DNA of 30,764 nt, taken from positions 1 through 30,764 of the IMG/VR virus record IMGVR_UViG_3300032289_002421, one strand, 5' to 3'. Positions 25,273 to 30,764 of the stretch are shown piece after piece. Numbering within the stretch: position 1 is the first letter of the stretch; each line of letters starts with the position of its first letter. The notes under the pieces are model-generated. The model was not told where the DNA came from. It worked only from the letters and a program-made list of their open reading frames with translations, and did no database searches. Made by a program: the position numbers and the translations under genes. Origin of the DNA: a virus (Duplodnaviria; Caudoviricetes).

Positions 25273-27199
25273 AGCTGTGCTTGATTTTGAATTCTTTGGT
25301 GCAAACAACGAACACCCAACGTTAGTGTGTGCGGCACTAGCACATAAGACCTACTGGCTCTTGGATAACTCGGATACAACACGTTTTAAAAATGATTTAA
25401 AAAAATTTAAAAAGCTGATTGTTTATTACGGAGTTGCAGAATCTCGTTGTTTACTTGCTCTTAAAATCAATCCCTTAAATTTTGAATGGGTTGATTTGTA
25501 TGCAGAGTTTAAGATGTTGCAAAACTCAAACAATCAATATCTTTATGGCACTTATATTGATAGTGCAGGGCTTAAGAAATTCTCAGAACCCAAAAATTTT
25601 CGTGAATATATAAATCAAGTAAATAACGAAGATGACGATGAAGAAATGCTGAAGCATAACAAAGTACCCTCAAATTTAATTAATGCAGTATTTAAAATGA
25701 CGCAACACGTTTTAAGTTCTTTGCAAAAAAATCAAATGAGAGAAATCATCATTTCAGGAAACGTCGAAAATATCACAAACCATAAAAAAGAAATTATGGA
25801 ATATTGCTTGAGTGATGTTTCGTTTCTTTATGCTGTGCGTAATAAAATTGAGTTCGAGTATTATAGGCTAGGACTACGAAACTTTGAAGAATCTATACTT
25901 GATCGTGGTTTGTATTCAGCGTGCATTGGGATTTGTGAGCAGATAGGAATTCCCATCAATAAACAACTGTTGGATAAAATTATTGCAAAGACTCCTGAAA
26001 TTATTAAAGACTCAAGAGATGCTGTCAATGCATTATCCTCATTTCCAATTTATATCCCTGAAATTCCCGCCACAGAAAAACATTTTAAAAATGGTGCTGT
26101 AAAAATCATCAAAAGCAAACCCGAACGACGCGACAACAAAGCAATTCAAAAACTCATTGAAAGTTTTGATATTCCCGCTTGGCCAAAAACAGAAACGGGC
26201 TTTTATAAAACAGATTCTGACACGATAGAAAGTTATAGAACGATTCCCGTTATTGAAGAGATGTATAAGTGCAACAAAACCGAATCATCTTTAAAATGGT
26301 TTCGTGAAAAAAATTCCGACGGGTTTTTTGCCGCTTATGATTTTAAAAATGACGTTGTCAGACCCTTTTATGGAATTTACGGCACACAGACGGGACGTAA
26401 TGCCGCCAAAGCGAAAACGTACCCATTGGCGATGAGTTCCTGGTTGCGTGCGATTATTCAACCAAAACCAGGAACTGTCATCATTGCAGCAGACTTTAGT
26501 CAACAAGAAATTGCTGTTGCAGCGTGGCTCTCTCAAGACAAGAATTTAATCAACGCTTACAATTCAGGTGATGTGTACTTAGAGTTTGCAAAACAAGCGG
26601 GCGCTGTGCCCATGGATGCAACAAAGAAAACCCACGAGCGCGAGCGCGACCTTTTTAAATCAACAAAGCTTGGCTTGCAGTATGGGATGGGTGCTGAAAA
26701 GTTACGATTGAAGCTCACATACGATTGCAAACGGACTGTGTCGCTTGAAGAGACTCAAGCATTAATTACAGCACATAAAACTGTGTATGCAGAGTACTGG
26801 AATTGGGTTTATGAAATTAGCAAGCAATACAAAAGCCGCGTGCCGCTTGTCACATCTGATGGTTGGGTTTTGTGGACTGACAACCCCATTATGACAAGCG
26901 TGCGCAACTTCCACGTTCAAGCACACAGTGCCAGCATTACGCGTCAAGCTGTAGTCGATGCGTGCAAAGCAAATTTGAAAGTGATGTCAAGTTTGCATGA
27001 CGCGCTTTATATTATCTCGCAAGAACCGACAAAAGATTTGATTATTCTCAAGCAAATCATGCGCAACGCAACAGAAAAAATACTCGGTGAAAACTGTATA
27101 GAAATACGAATTGATGATAAAATCTTAACAGATTCAGAAATATGGGTTGAAAAAAAAGGACAAGCCGATTGGTCTAAAATCAAAACACACATCATTTGA
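25265..27199 (+). CDS. polA: Phage DNA polymerase, family A
   Basis: 644 aa with ExoI LDFEF, ExoIII YCLSD, TQTGR, motif A DFSQQE, motif B RDLFKSTKLGLQYG and motif C LHDA. Confidence 0.93.
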   Translation: MSEAVLDFEFFGANNEHPTLVCAALAHKTYWLLDNSDTTRFKNDLKKFKKLIVYYGVAESRCLLALKINPLNFEWVDLYAEFKMLQNSNNQYLYGTYIDSAGLKKFSEPKNFREYINQVNNEDDDEEMLKHNKVPSNLINAVFKMTQHVLSSLQKNQMREIIISGNVENITNHKKEIMEYCLSDVSFLYAVRNKIEFEYYRLGLRNFEESILDRGLYSACIGICEQIGIPINKQLLDKIIAKTPEIIKDSRDAVNALSSFPIYIPEIPATEKHFKNGAVKIIKSKPERRDNKAIQKLIESFDIPAWPKTETGFYKTDSDTIESYRTIPVIEEMYKCNKTESSLKWFREKNSDGFFAAYDFKNDVVRPFYGIYGTQTGRNAAKAKTYPLAMSSWLRAIIQPKPGTVIIAADFSQQEIAVAAWLSQDKNLINAYNSGDVYLEFAKQAGAVPMDATKKTHERERDLFKSTKLGLQYGMGAEKLRLKLTYDCKRTVSLEETQALITAHKTVYAEYWNWVYEISKQYKSRVPLVTSDGWVLWTDNPIMTSVRNFHVQAHSASITRQAVVDACKANLKVMSSLHDALYIISQEPTKDLIILKQIMRNATEKILGENCIEIRIDDKILTDSEIWVEKKGQADWSKIKTHII

Positions 27200-27208
27200 G
27201 AAAGGTTA

Positions 27209-27565
27209 TTGATGCAAACAGAATTTGTCAAAACTGAAAGCAAAACGATTTTTAAAAAAGCGCCATCGCTGAAAAATCAACCAGTAAATGGTGAGCTCTT
27301 TACTCTGAATGAAGCAGTGACAGGGACACTCTCAAATATTTTTGAGAATCAAGACGGGCAAATTATTTTTCTCAAAACACCCACTGGAGATGTGGGAGTT
27401 CCTTTGTATTCAGGGCTGAAATTTTTTATTTATCATAAGAAGTATAAATACGGCGATATTGAGAAAGTGGGCAAAGAAAAAGGCGATCCAATTACGATTG
27501 TTTATCTTGGTACGAAAATGAGCCCAAAATCGAATAGACTCATGCACAACTTTTTTGTGGAGTGA
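27209..27565 (+). CDS. Hypothetical protein, possibly OB-fold ssDNA-binding
   Basis: 118 aa between the polymerase and exonuclease. GDPITIVYLGTKMSPKSNRLMHNFFV resembles phage SSB C-terminal strands. Confidence 0.45.
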   Translation: MMQTEFVKTESKTIFKKAPSLKNQPVNGELFTLNEAVTGTLSNIFENQDGQIIFLKTPTGDVGVPLYSGLKFFIYHKKYKYGDIEKVGKEKGDPITIVYLGTKMSPKSNRLMHNFFVE

Positions 27566-28356
27566 ATACTTTGACTGATGCTGATTATTACAAGCTCGAT
27601 TGTCTTAGCTTTTCAAAACTCAAATACATTTTACATTCACCGCGTAAATTTTTTCAAAATCAAGAAACACCTTTTGCGGGAACGGCTGCAACAAATTTAG
27701 GCAATGCGATTCACTGTTGGATACAAAATCAGCAAGAGCGCGTGAGCTTTCTGCCTGACTTGTCTCACGTCAAAACGCGCGACGGCAGAATAGCCCGAAC
27801 ACCGCAAAGCACAACCGAGGGAAAGCAAATCATTGAAGACTTTAAAAAAACTGTGCCGGCAGACAATTTTATTTTGTCTTGCGATTGTCTCCCTATTTTG
27901 ATTAATCTCTATAATCATTATAAACAGAATTACGAAATTCAAGAAATTATGAGCGACTTCATGAATTTTGAAACGCCTTACTTTGCAGAAATTGACGATT
28001 TAAAATTTAAGGGCAAGTTAGACGCGGAAAATCGCAACTATATTATCGATTTTAAAACAACGTACAAACCCGCGTCAAAATATTCTGTTGCAAAACATCT
28101 CATATACGACGAGTATTATCATATGCAACTTGCAATCTATGGGTTGCTAAAAGCACGCAACGAAGAAAAAGATTTTAGAGATTATCATTACAAAATTATT
28201 TTCTTTGAAACCGAGCCACCGTATGATGTAAAAATGTACACAATAAGTCATTTTACAATTCAGCAAGGGTTGGATTTACTCACTTCTGCTATCAATAAAT
28301 ACAAACACTATATCATCAATAAAAACCCTCTCTATGAGTTGAGCGAAACGATATGA
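27562..28356 (+). CDS. PD-(D/E)XK exonuclease (RecE/ExoVIII-like, DUF3799)
   Basis: LSFSKLK...SP, GNAIH, KGKLD, IIDFKTT and YHMQLAIY motifs. Confidence 0.88.
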   Translation: MNTLTDADYYKLDCLSFSKLKYILHSPRKFFQNQETPFAGTAATNLGNAIHCWIQNQQERVSFLPDLSHVKTRDGRIARTPQSTTEGKQIIEDFKKTVPADNFILSCDCLPILINLYNHYKQNYEIQEIMSDFMNFETPYFAEIDDLKFKGKLDAENRNYIIDFKTTYKPASKYSVAKHLIYDEYYHMQLAIYGLLKARNEEKDFRDYHYKIIFFETEPPYDVKMYTISHFTIQQGLDLLTSAINKYKHYIINKNPLYELSETI

Positions 28357-28835
28357 TAAAAATTCCTACAATTATTGCAATCGACCCCGCGTCAAATAAA
28401 GCGGGAGTTGCATTGTATTATAACGAAATTATCCGCTCGGCATTATTGACGGGCTATGGGAATTGGACGCAAAGAATCACACAACAGCGCCAACAGCTCG
28501 AATTATTTTTAAATCATTATTTACCGGAAAATCAAATTATCAATCATCTTGTTGTAGAGAACGTTGTAGGTTTTCGCAATTCAAAGCTTAGTTATTCTGT
28601 GGGTGCGTTGTGCTCATTGCCATGCATTCAGAGTGAACTAAACCTGATGGCACCATCTTGTTGGAAGAAAATTGTGAAAAAATGTGGCGGCGGAAAAATC
28701 CAAAAAGGGTTTGCAGCGTTACGTTATGTGCGGCCGGCGTACCCGCAAGTGTCTGATGATGAGGCCGACGCTATCTTAATGTTACTTGCTTATCTTGAGA
28801 AAGGCTTTACAGATGAACAGTATACCGATTACTAA
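28353..28835 (+). CDS. RuvC-like Holliday junction resolvase
   Basis: IIAIDPASNKAGVA, LVVE, PSCWKK and DDEADAI motifs. Confidence 0.85.
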   Translation: MIKIPTIIAIDPASNKAGVALYYNEIIRSALLTGYGNWTQRITQQRQQLELFLNHYLPENQIINHLVVENVVGFRNSKLSYSVGALCSLPCIQSELNLMAPSCWKKIVKKCGGGKIQKGFAALRYVRPAYPQVSDDEADAILMLLAYLEKGFTDEQYTDY

Positions 28836-29403
28836 TATCTTATTTTTAGATCTCGAAACAACAGGGCTTGATTGTGCAAAGCATTATATTTTAGAAGTTG
28901 CAATTCTTCCAGCACAATTGCATGAAGAAAACTTTTTCTGTAATAAAGAGAATTTGTTTACGGCTCTGTTGAACTTTCACGTTGAAAATTTCAAAGAGAA
29001 TTTTGACCCAAAAGCTCTTGAAATGCACGAAACAAATAATTTGATTCAAGATATTTTAAATTCTGATATTAAAAAGTGGGAACTAAAAGAACTCGAGCAA
29101 GAGTTGATTAAACAAGTCAATAATACTTTTGGAAAGTATGCAATGGGCATTCAATTAGCCGGAAATTCCGTGCATTTTGATTTGCAATTTATCAAACATC
29201 ATATGCCCACATTTGCAAAACGTTTGAGTTATCGAATTTTAGATATGAGTACATTCCGCACACTCGCAACAGCACTTTGTAATTATAAATCAGAACTCAA
29301 CCCAGCGCACAGAGCTAAAGAAGATGTTTTGTATTCTTACAGTTTAATGCTTGATTTTATCAAAAAGTTGAGACACAGCGAGACTAATCGAAGCTTAAAT
29401 TAA
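28813..29403 (+). CDS. orn: Oligoribonuclease-like DEDDh exonuclease
   Basis: FLDLETTGLD, EMH, AGNSVHFDLQF...MP, SYRILDMST and HRAKEDV are collinear with bacterial Orn motifs. The likely start is the ATG at 28813. Confidence 0.8.
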   Translation: MNSIPITNILFLDLETTGLDCAKHYILEVAILPAQLHEENFFCNKENLFTALLNFHVENFKENFDPKALEMHETNNLIQDILNSDIKKWELKELEQELIKQVNNTFGKYAMGIQLAGNSVHFDLQFIKHHMPTFAKRLSYRILDMSTFRTLATALCNYKSELNPAHRAKEDVLYSYSLMLDFIKKLRHSETNRSLN

Positions 29404-30531
29404 TCCGCCATCTTTTCTAACAAACAATTTTGAATTTTCTATTTTATATTCAAAATTGGTATTTTCTGTTACGTAAGCATTTTTAATCAATTCAAGAGCA
29501 GAGCGTAAAGACCTGTTGAATTCTTTTTGAATCAAACCGCTTCTTGATAAGTCGTGTAAATATTCAAGCGAAAAAGGGATGGGTTCTTTATGTGAAGCGT
29601 AAAAATGAAAAATCCATAAAGCCAATTGATTTTGGCCAAGTTGCTTTCTAATATTGATATTGATAAATGTATAGTCATCTGTATCTCTAAACACGCAAAG
29701 TAAATGATTATCAAATTCTAAATAATAAGCGTTGGGTTCATCTTCGATCAAAGCAAACGATTGAATAAGATGACTCATATACATTGCGTGTTGCTTGCCT
29801 TTGACTTGCACAACCGCGAGTACAAGTTTAAAAATTCGATTTTTCACTTGGTCGCGGGTTTCTGTACTATCTGTATACCCTAAAAATTTACACACTTCAT
29901 AAATTGTCACACGGACACGATTACTTCCTTTAGACTTTTCTTTAAATAAATAGACCAATGCATCCCAAACTATGAGATCCAATTGGTTTAATTCTTCTCC
30001 CGAAAACAGCACTTGATACTGCGACATCGACAGTATCTCTTTATTTTTGACAGTAAGATGAACCCCTCTTTTTTGAATTCCGAACAAAGCAGAACGTAAA
30101 AAAACGTTGGGAATTGCTCGACTTAAAGGTTCTGTGACGGGGATAAATTCTGTTGTCGGAAGAGCATTAATTTTTTCTTTGATGCTATCAAAATGTTTAT
30201 TGAGATAATCTTTGAACTCTTCAGTATTATTCTTTAAATAGTCGTAGAGCCTGTAAGGTTTTGTTTTCAAGTCGCTAATTGTTTCATGTGTCGTGAGTAT
30301 CTTTTCTTCTAAAAATCGAAACCCTAAAATTCCAAAATCATTGAGACAAAGATTGACGACGTGTTTAAATGCATTGTAACTAAAATAATTAAAATTGCCT
30401 TTAAAATCTTGAAAGTTGTCAAAAAACAAAGCCCCACAAATACCCATCGCTTGGTTAAAGTGTGGATGTTGTTGAGTATTGTCGTTTTTAATTGAGATTC
30501 TCTTGACTGTCTGACTTTTTGTAATTAGCAT
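29395..30531 (-). CDS. trfA: TrfA-family plasmid replication initiator
   Basis: RAIPNVFLRSALFG, FSGEELNQLDLIVW and LALWIFHFYASHKEPIPFSLEYLHDLS match TrfA-family motifs. GGAGG SD; adjacent to the iteron array. Confidence 0.88.
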   Translation of the reverse strand: MLITKSQTVKRISIKNDNTQQHPHFNQAMGICGALFFDNFQDFKGNFNYFSYNAFKHVVNLCLNDFGILGFRFLEEKILTTHETISDLKTKPYRLYDYLKNNTEEFKDYLNKHFDSIKEKINALPTTEFIPVTEPLSRAIPNVFLRSALFGIQKRGVHLTVKNKEILSMSQYQVLFSGEELNQLDLIVWDALVYLFKEKSKGSNRVRVTIYEVCKFLGYTDSTETRDQVKNRIFKLVLAVVQVKGKQHAMYMSHLIQSFALIEDEPNAYYLEFDNHLLCVFRDTDDYTFININIRKQLGQNQLALWIFHFYASHKEPIPFSLEYLHDLSRSGLIQKEFNRSLRSALELIKNAYVTENTNFEYKIENSKLFVRKDGGLI

Positions 30532-30687
30532 AAATCAACCTCCGTGTTTATAGCTATTTTAAGAAAATTAAATATACACAGAGGCTTTTTTTTTGCCAAA
30601 TTTTTCTTCTATAAAAATTCCTGCACAATTTTTAATCAAATATATCGCATCATTTTTAAGCATATTTAAAACCCACTAGATCGGGGT

Positions 30688-30764
30688 TTATACACCCACT
30701 ACCGACTTGATTATACACCCACTACCGACTTGATTATACACCCACTACCGACTTGATTATACAC
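30688..30764 (+). repeat. Iteron array (23-bp direct repeats), putative oriV, truncated by window end
   Basis: TTATACACCCACTACCGACTTGA at 30688, 30711 and 30734, plus a partial copy at 30757. An in-phase degenerate copy (ACCCACTA core) lies at 30665-30687. AT-rich flank; about 160 bp upstream of trfA. Confidence 0.9.

Larger units (their letters stand above)
1..30764. mobile_element. Tailed phage genome segment, probable phage-plasmid
   Basis: Capsid, scaffold, terminase, tail and lysis genes occur together with a TrfA-like Rep, iterons and a resolvase. No host chromosomal genes or integrase seen. Confidence 0.85.

Noticed and set aside
30688-30764. 23-bp repeats as a CRISPR array
   Set aside because: The repeats are contiguous with no spacers, no cas genes are present, and they sit beside a Rep gene. 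Iterons fit better.
1-30764. tRNA/rRNA genes and host assignment
   Set aside because: No cloverleaf or rRNA-like sequence was seen. The host cannot be determined from this window without database searches.

Overview
AT-rich 30.8 kb segment of a tailed dsDNA phage with a podovirus-like (P22-type) virion module, which also carries a plasmid-type replicon. Left arm (1-9548, minus strand): scaffold, decoration protein, major capsid, 3-TM holin, repeat-containing tail fibre, paralogous tail-tip proteins, head-tail adaptor, and a large tail/nozzle protein running off the window start. 9549-11905 is mostly non-coding and repeat-rich (palindromes, direct and inverted repeats, three 41-bp phased A-tract repeats) around a small serine recombinase gene. 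Middle: two orphan methyltransferase-type genes, unknown ORFs, and a terminase cluster on the opposite strand, about 10 kb from the capsid genes. No portal gene is recognisable. Right: degenerate HNH-AP2 protein, SF3 helicase, M15 peptidase endolysin, DUF5664-like protein, family A DNA polymerase (Leu762 type), putative SSB, PD-(D/E)XK exonuclease, RuvC-like resolvase, Orn-like oligoribonuclease, then a TrfA-family initiator beside a 23-bp iteron array cut by the window end. The best reading is a phage-plasmid with two replication systems. All functional calls come from manual motif recognition, not database searches.
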